A DNA stretch of 64,000 bases from an uncultured archaeon (GCA_964473825.1 CAYYQL010000001.1:224001-288000); one strand, 5' to 3'. Positions 39,539 to 49,394 are shown, numbered from the stretch's first letter. Notes: generated from the letters alone by a model not told the origin. Translations and numbers: made by a program.

Positions 39539-40735
39539 ATGATACAAGTCACACGCGGAGATGGCCGCTGCATTTCAGAACGAGAAGTGGAGATTGTTGA
39601 GAGAAAGGGCAAAGGCCATCCCGACACCTTATGCGATAAGGCAGCAGAAGAGTTGTCTGTTCGTCTGAGCGAATACTATCTAGAAACATTTGGGAGAGTA
39701 CAGCACCATAATGTGGACAAAGTCCTCCTTGTTGGTGGACAGTCCAATGCAAGGTTCGGAGGCGGCGATGTCATTGAGCCAATCTACCTGCTTCTGAGCG
39801 GAAGAGCAGTAGACGTGGTAGACAAAGACTACGAGAGACAGGTGCCCGTGGGAAAGTTTGCGGTTGAACACACTCGCCGCTGGCTGAGTGATGACCTTCC
39901 ACACCTTGATGTGAATAGCGACCTTATCGTCGATTACAAGATACGAGCTGGGAGTACTGACCTCGTAGGTAACTTCGATGTGGAAAGGGAGATACCTCGC
40001 GCTAACGATACAAGTTTTGGAGTAGCATACGGACCTCTATCAGCCACTGAGAAACTCGTATTGGAGTCCGAAAGGCTTCTTAACGAGCCCAAGACAAAAA
40101 AGAAGTGGCCGCAGATTGGTGAGGATATAAAGGTCATGGGCACCAGAACTAATGAGAACATCTACTTGCAGGTTGCCGCTGCAATCATCTCCACCGAAAC
40201 CAAAGACGCACACGAATATGCCAATGTCATGAAAGGCATAGAGGACCTGCTCTTAGACCTCGCCCCCAAGATCACCGACTTGCCGGTCGAAGTTGGGGTC
40301 AATACTGCAGACTGTCCTGAAGAGGGGCTGTTCTATCTGACTGTAACAGGCACATCAGCTGAGCACGGTGATGATGGACAGGTCGGCAGGGGAAATCGTG
40401 CAAATGGACTAATCACGCCGTACCGCCCAATGACTCTTGAGGCAGCAGCCGGAAAGAATCCGGTCTCTCACGTTGGAAAGACCTACAATGTCGCAGCCAA
40501 GGAGATTGTAGACCGACTCGTCGAGGAACACCCAGAGGTGGAACAGATTTACTGCTACATGGTCAGTCAGATTGGTGCACCAATAACTGAGCCACGAGCC
40601 GTGAATGTTGAGTTATATGGTGATTGCGATATCAGTAGTATCCGAAGCTCGGTTGAGAGCATAGCTGAAGAAGTGATTGCAAAGCTACCTGATGTCTGGA
40701 AGGGTTTTGTCAAGAGAGAGTACCAACTCTGGTAG
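39539..40735 (+). CDS. mat: S-adenosylmethionine synthetase, archaeal type
   Basis: [56 protein letters not shown]; start moved to ATG 39539. Confidence 0.96.
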   Translation: MIQVTRGDGRCISEREVEIVERKGKGHPDTLCDKAAEELSVRLSEYYLETFGRVQHHNVDKVLLVGGQSNARFGGGDVIEPIYLLLSGRAVDVVDKDYERQVPVGKFAVEHTRRWLSDDLPHLDVNSDLIVDYKIRAGSTDLVGNFDVEREIPRANDTSFGVAYGPLSATEKLVLESERLLNEPKTKKKWPQIGEDIKVMGTRTNENIYLQVAAAIISTETKDAHEYANVMKGIEDLLLDLAPKITDLPVEVGVNTADCPEEGLFYLTVTGTSAEHGDDGQVGRGNRANGLITPYRPMTLEAAAGKNPVSHVGKTYNVAAKEIVDRLVEEHPEVEQIYCYMVSQIGAPITEPRAVNVELYGDCDISSIRSSVESIAEEVIAKLPDVWKGFVKREYQLW

Positions 40736-40837
40736 ATTGAAGATGGAATACGAGGTCCCTCCAGGACCTCACCCCTGTTTTCTTGATGGAAACGAAACCA
40801 ATTCAATAGTCAATGATAGAATGAGGCTTGCAGTTCT

Positions 40838-41233
40838 TTGACAGGGAACTATCGTTGTTTCGACAATGAGGAAATGCTCTCCGCCATCATGCTAGCTGAC
40901 ATGGGCAACAAAGAAGAGGCCAAGGAAAACGCTGGGAAGATGGCATATTGCCCCAAGTCAATATTCACAGGAGTAACGGGCTCAACAGCTGTGATGGTCT
41001 TTGTCGTCCCGGATTTCCAGAGATGGTGGCTTGAAGGACCAGAAGACTCGCCCGAGCTCATAGGGGCTCAGTCGGTCAGAGTGGTATACGTTGAACAAAC
41101 AATCTCTCGGGTTGTGAGAGCAGACCACACTGAGGACATGAAGATGGATGCACCCCCTTGCGGGTCAAGTTGTGTAAACTGCCCCATGAAGGAGAAACAT
41201 GACTGCCCAGGATGCATTGCAGTCTATCCGTGA
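40838..41233 (+). CDS. Small protein with Lrp/AsnC effector-like domain and Cys-rich tail
   Basis: C-terminal PCGSSCVNCP-x6-CPGC; no HTH; start uncertain. Confidence 0.55.
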   Translation: MTGNYRCFDNEEMLSAIMLADMGNKEEAKENAGKMAYCPKSIFTGVTGSTAVMVFVVPDFQRWWLEGPEDSPELIGAQSVRVVYVEQTISRVVRADHTEDMKMDAPPCGSSCVNCPMKEKHDCPGCIAVYP

Positions 41234-41387
41234 TTGATTCCTATTCCATGATGACAGGTCACAATCAGTCCATGCATAAGGTGTCCCGCGTGTTTCATGG
41301 TTACCGGTGGAGAGAATCGAATCTAGTACCACGGAGATATAGTGAAGCTTTTGTGGTCTGATAGTCAGAGGACTGCGATGAACCAAA

Positions 41388-42101
41388 ATGACTCAAGAGA
41401 AGACTAGTAAGATCATTGTTATCACCGGCGGGTCCAGTGGTATTGGGAAGGAGATTGCACTGGAGATGGCTGGAGACGCCCATTCATTCTTCCTAATCGG
41501 AAGAACCCGAAGCAAGCTGGAGACGGCAAAAGAAGAGATTGAGAAGGAGGGTGCTAAAGTCATGTTCTCCGTAGGAGACGTTTCGAAAGAGAAGGATGTC
41601 GAACGTATCTATGAAGAAGCTATGAAGCAATTCGGGACCATTGATGTCTTGGTCGCAAACGCGGGCGTCGGATATTTCGGCAACCTAGAAGACATGGCAA
41701 TAGAGCAGTACGATCAACAGATGGACACGAATGTTAGAGGCGTCTTCCTCTGGCTCAGAAAGGTCTTACCATTGATGAAGACAAGGAATGAGGGGCAGAT
41801 AATTGTGACATCATCAAACTTAGGGCTCGAGACCTCACCTAGGGCAAGTGTGTATTCGGCCACGAAACATGCAGTTCAAGCAATGGTCTGGTCACTCCGC
41901 AAAGAGCTAGCAGGAACGATGGTCAAAGCAGCCACCATCAATCCAGGCTCGGTCGCCACGCCTTGGTTCGACGGCAAGGACGTGGATACATCAAGAATGC
42001 TTACAGCACGAGACGTAGCAAAGGCAGTTCGACTGATAATCGACCAATCAGAAACAAGCGACATCGACCACATCCACTTGCTGCCCAGCAGAAGAAACTG
42101 A
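41388..42101 (+). CDS. Short-chain dehydrogenase/reductase (SDR)
   Basis: TGGSSGIG, ANAG, YSATK, INPG. Confidence 0.94.
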   Translation: MTQEKTSKIIVITGGSSGIGKEIALEMAGDAHSFFLIGRTRSKLETAKEEIEKEGAKVMFSVGDVSKEKDVERIYEEAMKQFGTIDVLVANAGVGYFGNLEDMAIEQYDQQMDTNVRGVFLWLRKVLPLMKTRNEGQIIVTSSNLGLETSPRASVYSATKHAVQAMVWSLRKELAGTMVKAATINPGSVATPWFDGKDVDTSRMLTARDVAKAVRLIIDQSETSDIDHIHLLPSRRN

Positions 42102-42132
42102 TTCTATGACGATTTACGAAAAATGAGATTAA

Positions 42133-42156
42133 GAGGCTGGCATGAACACCAGCCTC
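42133..42156. terminator. Hairpin between convergent genes
   Basis: GAGGCTGG-N8-CCAGCCTC. Confidence 0.55.
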
Positions 42157-42174
42157 ATCGTTGAATGCTTAGTC

Positions 42175-42957
42175 TTATGCATATAGGCGTTGGAATTCTT
42201 CGCCTTGGCTCTGAGCCTGCTGCTTACGCATACCATCTACTTGCTCTGCCATCTCGCTAAGTCGCCTGCGAATATCCTCGGCCTGCTCCTCCAGCTTGGA
42301 TACGTCTATGTCGATATCGTACAGTTTTGCAAGACCCTTCAGGACCATTGAGGCGCCCTTTGGATCAGGCATCACTGCAACTGCGTGTGTCAGAAGGGCA
42401 AATCCGATCATCTTATGTGTGAGAGTCTCCGAGAGAATCGAACCCGCAATGCCAGTGATGATACCCTTCTTGAGCATCTCCATCTCATCTATCTCAGAGA
42501 GATCCTTCATCTTCTCAACCTCTGAGGCATAGAGAATCTTCCGGTCTGAGGGCATGCCTCCTACTGGAATGCCATCAAGAATCACGGTCTCCTCCACGCC
42601 TTGAGACTTCGCCCAGTCAAGCAAGCACGAACTCACATGGTACATACCTTGCTGTGCGACTGGCACCTCTGCGGTGACAACAATCAAGTTGTGTTCATCA
42701 GAAGCATGGATCCTAAAGGGATGTTTTAGTTGGCCCTCAAGAAACACAGCTGCTGACGGAATGAACCTGGACCGCACAAATGCAACTTGTTCCATCTCAA
42801 ATTGCTCAATGATTGTATTCGCAGCTATGGTCCCGACTAGTCCGCTTGACGGGAAGCCGCATATCATCAGAGGCTTCTCAGCCTTGATCTCTTTCACTTG
42901 GACAACTTTCGCGTCGGGTGCACCAAGACCACCTTCGCATTCAGTCTTATCAGTCAT
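42175..42957 (-). CDS. PAC2 family proteasome assembly chaperone
   Basis: GFPSSGLVGTIAA, HPFRIH, LDGI, GIITGIAG, PDPKGA, IDVSKLEEQAE. Confidence 0.9.
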   Translation of the reverse strand: MTDKTECEGGLGAPDAKVVQVKEIKAEKPLMICGFPSSGLVGTIAANTIIEQFEMEQVAFVRSRFIPSAAVFLEGQLKHPFRIHASDEHNLIVVTAEVPVAQQGMYHVSSCLLDWAKSQGVEETVILDGIPVGGMPSDRKILYASEVEKMKDLSEIDEMEMLKKGIITGIAGSILSETLTHKMIGFALLTHAVAVMPDPKGASMVLKGLAKLYDIDIDVSKLEEQAEDIRRRLSEMAEQVDGMRKQQAQSQGEEFQRLYA

Positions 42958-43098
42958 GAGGTGTTTCTCTCCGGCATTAACTATAGTTTCACACCATTAT
43001 TAGTCTATGGCTATCCGAAGGACGATGGCTTACCGCGCTGCAGAAAACCATAATTCGTACATCCCAGCTCTCTTAAGGCCTCGCTCCAACTTAACAAT

Positions 43099-43407
43099 AT
43101 GCAGGACTTGATAATGAATTGGTATTTCATAGCTTTCGTCGCAATCATCCTCGTCGTCCTTGTTGGATACCTGATCTACACGTCCGTCATACAGGGTCCA
43201 GCAGTAAGACCTGAAACCAAGAGAGCGGTACGAACAAATCCGCAGGATCCAGCAACATCGCAAGCTGTAGGAGCAGAGAGTACTTACACACCGGGTCAAC
43301 GGGTGTCGACAGCACAGCCTCTGCCACTGCAAGGCAAAGAAGAACGAGAACCAACATCCTCCTTTGACGACTATACCGAAGATGAAACCTCTTCTAACGA
43401 GGAGTAG
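43099..43407 (+). CDS. Small single-TM protein with disordered acidic tail
   Basis: N-terminal hydrophobic helix followed by a P/T/E-rich tail. Confidence 0.65.
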   Translation: MQDLIMNWYFIAFVAIILVVLVGYLIYTSVIQGPAVRPETKRAVRTNPQDPATSQAVGAESTYTPGQRVSTAQPLPLQGKEEREPTSSFDDYTEDETSSNEE

Positions 43408-43717
43408 GGAATAGAAAACCCGTTGAAGGAACAGGACCATATTCTTAGTTGAATACGGTTCGATTTCTCCTCTTTTTTGGACTGGACTTGTTTTCTGCAC
43501 GTTTGCAGGGCCAAAGATTCGTTCGACTAATTCTGCAATCCGGCCTTAGAGTCAGCATGTGTAAGGACGCGGGAGATGACACTTATAGTTCATTTTGAAC
43601 AAAAGTGTAGTAATGAGCATAGTTTCCAGTACGATTGTTTTTAAGGAAACACTACATGTGCGTACCCAGCACAACCTGACTGGATAGGTTGCATAACTTG
43701 TTTGGAGATAAAATGAG

Positions 43718-44278
43718 ATGGGCAAAGTAAAAGACCCAATTGCCAAGCGCATCAGAGGAAAGGCAGCCAAGGATATCAAAGGCGGCATTTTCGGCAAGAT
43801 AACCCACTATATCCCCGGGTGGCACGGCTACCAAGAGAAAGAGGAGAGACGTGCGGCGGACAAAGTCCTTCGAGAGTTCCTCGCGGACCAGCTTCGTCTT
43901 GTGAAGCAGGACCTCGAGAAGCTTCAGATGATGGTTGTCGACTATGACCTCACAAAGACTTGGGAGACCTTCGACAGAATGCTTGCACTGGCAGACAAGA
44001 TCGAGTCGGCAATTCGCTATGCAGATTACGGCTACGCATCATGGGGTTCCAAGGAAAAGATCAATGAGAAAGAGCTCGACAGAATGTACGAGTTCGATGC
44101 AACAATCATTGAGGATATCGGTCAGATAAATGATGTTGCAGAGCGATTCCTTGACGACATGAACCAAGGCAAGTTCGATGATGCCTGGCAGTACACTTAC
44201 CGTATGTGGCAGATCATGCAACGCCTCGAGGAGAAATGGAATCAGCGTGAGGGCTACATGAAGGGTTATCAAGACTAG
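43718..44278 (+). CDS. Conserved helical hypothetical protein
   Basis: IPGWHGYQEKEERRAADKVLR and YADYGY..ELDRMYEFD motifs; strong codon bias; own terminator. Confidence 0.85.
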   Translation: MGKVKDPIAKRIRGKAAKDIKGGIFGKITHYIPGWHGYQEKEERRAADKVLREFLADQLRLVKQDLEKLQMMVVDYDLTKTWETFDRMLALADKIESAIRYADYGYASWGSKEKINEKELDRMYEFDATIIEDIGQINDVAERFLDDMNQGKFDDAWQYTYRMWQIMQRLEEKWNQREGYMKGYQD

Positions 44279-44288
44279 ACCAAACCAA

Positions 44289-44325
44289 GTTGGGGACGCT
44301 TCCCCAACATCTACTCTTTTTCTTT
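44289..44325 (+). terminator. Hairpin plus U-tract terminator
   Basis: GTTGGGGA-CGCT-TCCCCAAC followed by CTCTTTTTCTTT. Confidence 0.65.
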
Positions 44326-44372
44326 CGGAGTGATAAGATTCACGTTCAGCAATAGATCGCAGATCGTGGATT

Positions 44373-45041
44373 TCAACCCACTGTTGTTCCGCAGTACTGA
44401 CAGGTCACCTTCTTACCTCTACTGAGGTTCTCTGCCATCTCAACGTCGTATTTCGAGCCACAGACCGGGCACAGCCAGACTCGCATATCACTCGGCTGCC
44501 CCTTGGTTATGTCAACGCTGATCTCCTCTGCAAGCTTCTGAACCCATTCAACGTATGTTGTGTGGTTTAGAGAAGAGAAGATGTCTCTAGCTTCACTCAA
44601 GAGTGGACGTATCTCGTCAAGACGTCCCAGACCACGATAGGCCTTGGCTAGACCGAAAGAATTCCACGCCACGTACCATTTACTTGCAACTTTCCGAGCC
44701 TCTTCGAGTCCGGCATGATAGTGTTTTGCTGCAGAGTCATAATCCATGTGATATGACGCGATCTCGCCAAAACCCCAGCTTGCTGCTGCACGGTACATGC
44801 TAAGGTTGTTAGCCCTCGCCAAATCCATGAGCTCACCGTAATACCCCTCTGCCTTCTTCAAGTCACGCATATTCAGAGAGCTATCGGCCATCACTCTCAA
44901 TGCCTCTGCAGCTCGTGCAACCAGCCCCTCCTTCTTGAATCGCTTCCGAGCCTTGTCTGCGTATTCTCTGCTCTTTTTGTAGTCACCTGCTTGGAATAGA
45001 GTGTACGATTGTTGCAGGTGCTTCTCACCATCTTGCGACAT
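44373..45041 (-). CDS. TPR protein with C-terminal Zn ribbon
   Basis: TPR-like helices; CPVCG..CQYCG; start at ATG 45041. Confidence 0.8.
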   Translation of the reverse strand: MSQDGEKHLQQSYTLFQAGDYKKSREYADKARKRFKKEGLVARAAEALRVMADSSLNMRDLKKAEGYYGELMDLARANNLSMYRAAASWGFGEIASYHMDYDSAAKHYHAGLEEARKVASKWYVAWNSFGLAKAYRGLGRLDEIRPLLSEARDIFSSLNHTTYVEWVQKLAEEISVDITKGQPSDMRVWLCPVCGSKYDVEMAENLSRGKKVTCQYCGTTVG

Positions 45042-45112
45042 GTGCGAAGAATATTTTCCCGACATATAAAGAGCGTGAATCGAGGGACACTTGCGGAGTC
45101 TATTTTTCCTCT

Positions 45113-45973
45113 TCAACGGCCAGAGCTGGGCAGAGTGGTCTTGTATTCTGCGCCATCCGAACCGTAATCGAAGTTCACTATGCCTCTATACGGTCTCAAG
45201 AGGCTCTCAAGATACTCCGCACAGTCGACAAGGCGTATCCAACTGTCGTAGAGATCCTCTTTCTCTCGAGCGCGTACATAGATGTCGAAGTTATGCGGGG
45301 CATAGGTAGGAATCCAACCGGCTAAGTCAGCGAGAGTAAAAAGATGTGCGCTTGCCCATGGATATGTTCGCTCTTCGAACATGACGTACGGCCAGTAGGG
45401 TTGCCTATCTGGGTGATCCTCGACGAGTCCGGAGCAACTCTCTTTGGTCCAGAATCCGAGCTCATTCAGACGGACTACATGAGGACGGATCAGCTCATCA
45501 ACATAATCGATGAAGTCACTGATTCTTGGCCTTTCAATGTTAGAGGCCGGCCACATTGTTCTGAACCATGTCTGTGCGCCACTCCCCCACACAACGCCGG
45601 GCATGTGCCCCTGTTCAATCCAGACCCTGTAGGAGGTGAGCAGAGCACCCAGGTCACGGGTCACTGAACAAAGTGCGTCCCATCTTGATTCTAGCAAGAG
45701 TCTCGGATGATGGTCTTCATCGGTGCCTGGGCCGGCATCGCAAATGAGCAGTATGTCACCGTTCGAATCCAATGTTGCGCCCCACGTCACAGCCTGAGAT
45801 AGTGTGAATGCGTGTGCTTCACACCCAGGGTAGCTTGCATGATCAAGCCGTAACCAACTCCAATACTCCTCCTCTCTGCCCAGGGATGCTTCTAGGATAA
45901 CGAACTCTGCTTCTTCGAGAGCAGATACCAATGCGGTCTCGGATTGACTTCTGCTACTACTCATCCCACACAA
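45113..45973 (-). CDS. Hypothetical protein with Tyw3-like C-terminal motif
   Basis: VDELIRPHVVRLNELGFWTKESCSG. Confidence 0.6.
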   Translation of the reverse strand: MCGMSSSRSQSETALVSALEEAEFVILEASLGREEEYWSWLRLDHASYPGCEAHAFTLSQAVTWGATLDSNGDILLICDAGPGTDEDHHPRLLLESRWDALCSVTRDLGALLTSYRVWIEQGHMPGVVWGSGAQTWFRTMWPASNIERPRISDFIDYVDELIRPHVVRLNELGFWTKESCSGLVEDHPDRQPYWPYVMFEERTYPWASAHLFTLADLAGWIPTYAPHNFDIYVRAREKEDLYDSWIRLVDCAEYLESLLRPYRGIVNFDYGSDGAEYKTTLPSSGR

Positions 45974-46097
45974 CTAATCCTCGTACGCGCCATTAAGTCA
46001 TTCGGATAGAGTAGTCAGTTATGAGGCTGTGCGATATGGAGCATGGTATGACACGGTGATAAATACCATAGTGCCGAGTAAGGCATAGGCGAACCAC

Positions 46098-46469
46098 ATG
46101 GAACCACAAGATTTCCAAGAGGAACACCTCAAAGGACGAAACGATAGATTGGGTCATCTAGTCCTGCAAGAGCTTCATCGCACAGCAAGAGTCCTCAAGC
46201 ACGACATTTACGATTCTATCGATCAGGCCGTTCTCCAGGAGTGCGGCCAGAGGCTGCAACGCGCTGTGGACGACCTCGCACAAGATGTCTATGGTGGAAA
46301 GGTCTCGGTTGATTCGTTGGGAGTGCTGAAGGCATTCAAGACAGTGAACTGCCCAGACTTGACCAAGAGCCTTGTTATGAGAAACAGAAGAAGGTCAGAA
46401 CTCGCAAAGGAGCTCCGGTTGATGATCAACACCTTTGAGAATATAATCAGGCCAAGAACCATCGGCTGA
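46098..46469 (+). CDS. Hypothetical helical protein
   Basis: 123-aa ORF filling the gap; TATA-like ATAAATA upstream. Confidence 0.65.
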   Translation: MEPQDFQEEHLKGRNDRLGHLVLQELHRTARVLKHDIYDSIDQAVLQECGQRLQRAVDDLAQDVYGGKVSVDSLGVLKAFKTVNCPDLTKSLVMRNRRRSELAKELRLMINTFENIIRPRTIG

Positions 46470-46527
46470 ATCATGACATGTGGGGCAATATTGATTAGCC
46501 ACCCGAGGTCTTGTTCATCAGGTTGCC

Positions 46528-47283
46528 ATGAAGGTCACAATTCTAGGAACGGGAACATCTTTTCCAGACCCAGACCGGGTGCAGTCTGGCGTCATGATTG
46601 AAGCAGCAGACACCGTACTCCTGTTTGACATCGGCTCCGGGGTTCTGCATCGTCTTGTTCAGACTGGAATCGAGATCACCAGGATTGAACACCTCTTCAT
46701 AAGCCACTTTCACATCGACCACTGCTCTGACTTTCTTACTCTTTGTCAGAGCCTCTGGCTGAGCGGCTACGACAAGACATTGCATGTCTACGCACCTTCA
46801 TATGTCAGGCGATGGTGGAAGGGAATCTTCGAGTATTCCTTCGAGTATATGGCCGACAGGATAGACATCGAAGTCATCGAGCTCGAACCAGAACACGTGG
46901 TGGAGATTGGCAGAATGACAGTGATGACGTGCCAAACAGCCCATGGTGACCGGGACTCAAGGGCCTTCAAGGTGGAGCATGGCAAGAAGACTGTAGTGTA
47001 CACCTCAGACACGGGACCACATGAGAGAATCATACGATTTGCCAGGGACGCAGACATTCTCATCCATGAATGCAATTGGCTCGACGGCGAGCACGACAAG
47101 AATGTTCACACGACTCCATCAGAACTTAACGAGATTGTCAAGGCCACGGGAGCCAAGACCGTCATCATCGACCACGTATCTCCCGATGTTGTGGAGAACG
47201 CTGAGCACGTACTCAGAACAATCAGAGCAGATGCTGACGCCGAGGTCATACTCGGAGAAGATCTTATGGTTCGCCAGTTGTGA
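46528..47283 (+). CDS. MBL-fold metallohydrolase (RNase Z/BN-like)
   Basis: ILGTG, SHFHIDH, YTSDT, IHEC, H-T-T-P. Confidence 0.9.
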   Translation: MKVTILGTGTSFPDPDRVQSGVMIEAADTVLLFDIGSGVLHRLVQTGIEITRIEHLFISHFHIDHCSDFLTLCQSLWLSGYDKTLHVYAPSYVRRWWKGIFEYSFEYMADRIDIEVIELEPEHVVEIGRMTVMTCQTAHGDRDSRAFKVEHGKKTVVYTSDTGPHERIIRFARDADILIHECNWLDGEHDKNVHTTPSELNEIVKATGAKTVIIDHVSPDVVENAEHVLRTIRADADAEVILGEDLMVRQL

Positions 47284-47465
47284 AGTCTCAGACGAGTATA
47301 TCATATGAGGATTTATTAGGTTATACGATAACAGTATCTCAGCAGGTGCAGGAATCATCCTCGCGATGGTCTTGAAAAAGCAACCATACTCTCCCTCCCT
47401 CAGAAATCAGGATTTCCTGATTCTGGTGCACTACACTCTCTCTCTTCCCGCACCTGCCTACTTCT

Positions 47466-47918
47466 TTACATCTTCTTGTCAGGAACGTACATCAGTCTGA
47501 TATTCCTTGACCCAAAGACGGACATGAAGACAACCAGTGGAGCCATCAGGGTGAGTCCCTGAATCTCCGGCAAGATGAGTGGAATGCCATTTTGTACAAT
47601 CCAGTATCCATTAACAGCTAAGATGATGAAATAGACCAGCCCATGGAGGGCGTTGAAGTATGCTGCACCCCTCGCAAACCTGTAAGAAAGGTACTTGTGC
47701 ACATAATGGGTTTCTCGAAAGACCGCCATCAGGAAGAACAGTGTCACTATAGTGAGTACAGTGTATCCGAACGCGTAGAACAAGAGATAGCTGCCGATAA
47801 TCCCTGAAGCCACATAGAAGTAGGTCCTCATGGGGTTGAAGGAGCGGCGTTTCTCCTGCTGCTCATCTTCTTGAACTTCCGTTTCGGTCTTCTGATCTTG
47901 CTGATTGCCTTCTTCCAC
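47466..47918 (-). CDS. Hypothetical membrane protein (about 4 TM)
   Basis: Acidic N-terminus followed by hydrophobic helices. Confidence 0.7.
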   Translation of the reverse strand: MEEGNQQDQKTETEVQEDEQQEKRRSFNPMRTYFYVASGIIGSYLLFYAFGYTVLTIVTLFFLMAVFRETHYVHKYLSYRFARGAAYFNALHGLVYFIILAVNGYWIVQNGIPLILPEIQGLTLMAPLVVFMSVFGSRNIRLMYVPDKKM

Positions 47919-48414
47919 AGAGGCACACTCATGTTGCCAACGGTCTGTATCCTAATAACTTCGGTCTTAGGAGCAACGGAAATCGTCGAAAGTCGGCATT
48001 CTAGAAAGCACTCTGTGTCATGATCTTGCAATCCCTAGGTTTTACGAGCCGTTGGGAATTCGTTGCCGTATGGGGTGACTCTTTCAAACGAGATAAGCGA
48101 AGTGTAAGAATGGTAGCTCAAAGTAGGAGAAGCGTATTCTCGACAAGAGCCTCATACGAACACCATGCACTTCAGTTTCTCACCCAGCAATACAAGCTTA
48201 CCTGGACACATAGGAGAGTTCATTGCCCTCATCCTCCAAGGAATATGGGAATGGCGGCAAACCGCATATTCCCGAGATAGTATACGGTGAACAGGATTGT
48301 GCTTCCTCAGCCGTGGTACAGCACGCTGAAGTTCGGTAACCATATCAACTCAATGTTTAAAACCTAAGGCGGGCAGTACCCTCACAGTAGACCATACCAT
48401 GAAGGTGTAACAAT

Positions 48415-49296
48415 ATGGCAGACGCAATTGAATGGACCAACGCCAGCAGCGAAGAGATAGTCTGGCGTTATCCTGATAATCGAATTAAATGGGGTTCTCA
48501 ACTCGTCGTGATGGAGAACCAAGCCGCAATTTTCTACAGAGACGGAAAGGCTTTGGATACTTTTATTGCTGGTCGTCACAAGCTGACCACAAGCAGCATG
48601 CCCAGCCTGGTCGGCTGGCTGCAGAAGAAGGTGAAAGGGGATGTCTTCCAAGCGACTTGCATCTTCATCTCAAGAGGACAGTTCCAAGGGAAGTTTGGCG
48701 GGCGAGGACAAACAAGCGATCTGGCACCTCTGATGTTCCACGGAAACTTCTGGTTCAGAGTGAAGGAGCCAAAGATATTCGTCACTGAGGTGGTTGGTAA
48801 TCAGAATGCATTTTCAACCAAGAAGATCAACGACTACCTACGCTCTTTCATGAACGAGCGTATAATTGACGAGTTTGCCCACTACGACCTCCAAGCAGTA
48901 TTCACTCAGCTAGATGAGACCTCAATGAAGGTCAAGACCAAAGTGCGCATGAACTTTGAGCGCATCGGACTTGAGCTCGTTGACCTGAAGTTTGAGGGAA
49001 TCGACACAACTGAAAAGTATCGTGAGCGACTCTTCTGGCTCCGCACTGGCGGTGTCAGCGGTGGTCAGGTCATGGGTTCGGAGACCATGAAGTCTGCAGC
49101 TGAATCTCTGGGTAAGAGTCCCGGAGCCGGATTCGGTGCAGGCATGGGTTTCATGGGAGCCATGGGCCAGCAGATGCAGGGCGGCCAGCAACAGGGTGGC
49201 GGATCTGCTCCTGCGGGTTCCAAGTTCTGCCCTAACTGTGGGAATCAGCTGAACGGCGCCAAGTTCTGTCCGAACTGTGGAACAAAAGTCGGATAG
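48415..49296 (+). CDS. SPFH (band 7) protein with C-terminal Zn ribbon, YdjI-like
   Basis: IEW...IVWRYP..IKWGSQLVVMENQAAIF, GMG/Q-rich linker, KFCPNCG twice. Confidence 0.92.
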   Translation: MADAIEWTNASSEEIVWRYPDNRIKWGSQLVVMENQAAIFYRDGKALDTFIAGRHKLTTSSMPSLVGWLQKKVKGDVFQATCIFISRGQFQGKFGGRGQTSDLAPLMFHGNFWFRVKEPKIFVTEVVGNQNAFSTKKINDYLRSFMNERIIDEFAHYDLQAVFTQLDETSMKVKTKVRMNFERIGLELVDLKFEGIDTTEKYRERLFWLRTGGVSGGQVMGSETMKSAAESLGKSPGAGFGAGMGFMGAMGQQMQGGQQQGGGSAPAGSKFCPNCGNQLNGAKFCPNCGTKVG

Positions 49297-49306
49297 TCTA
49301 GTTCAA

Positions 49307-49340
49307 GGAGGGTGCGTGCACCTTCCCCATTCTTCTTTCT
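49307..49340 (+). terminator. Hairpin plus pyrimidine tract
   Basis: GGAGGGTG-CGTG-CACCTTCC then TTCTTCTTTCT. Confidence 0.5.
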
Positions 49341-49394
49341 ATCATATTCCTGTATATCTGAGATTGGAATGCCAGAATCTTCTGATAGGAACAA

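Noticed and set aside
48020-48343. 86-aa (+) and 63-aa (-) ORFs in the long gap
   Set aside because: No motifs and atypical composition.
49222-49281. Direct repeat AAGTTCTGYCCNAACTGTGG
   Set aside because: It is just the two KFCPNCG knuckles of the Zn ribbon, with no CRISPR-like spacers.
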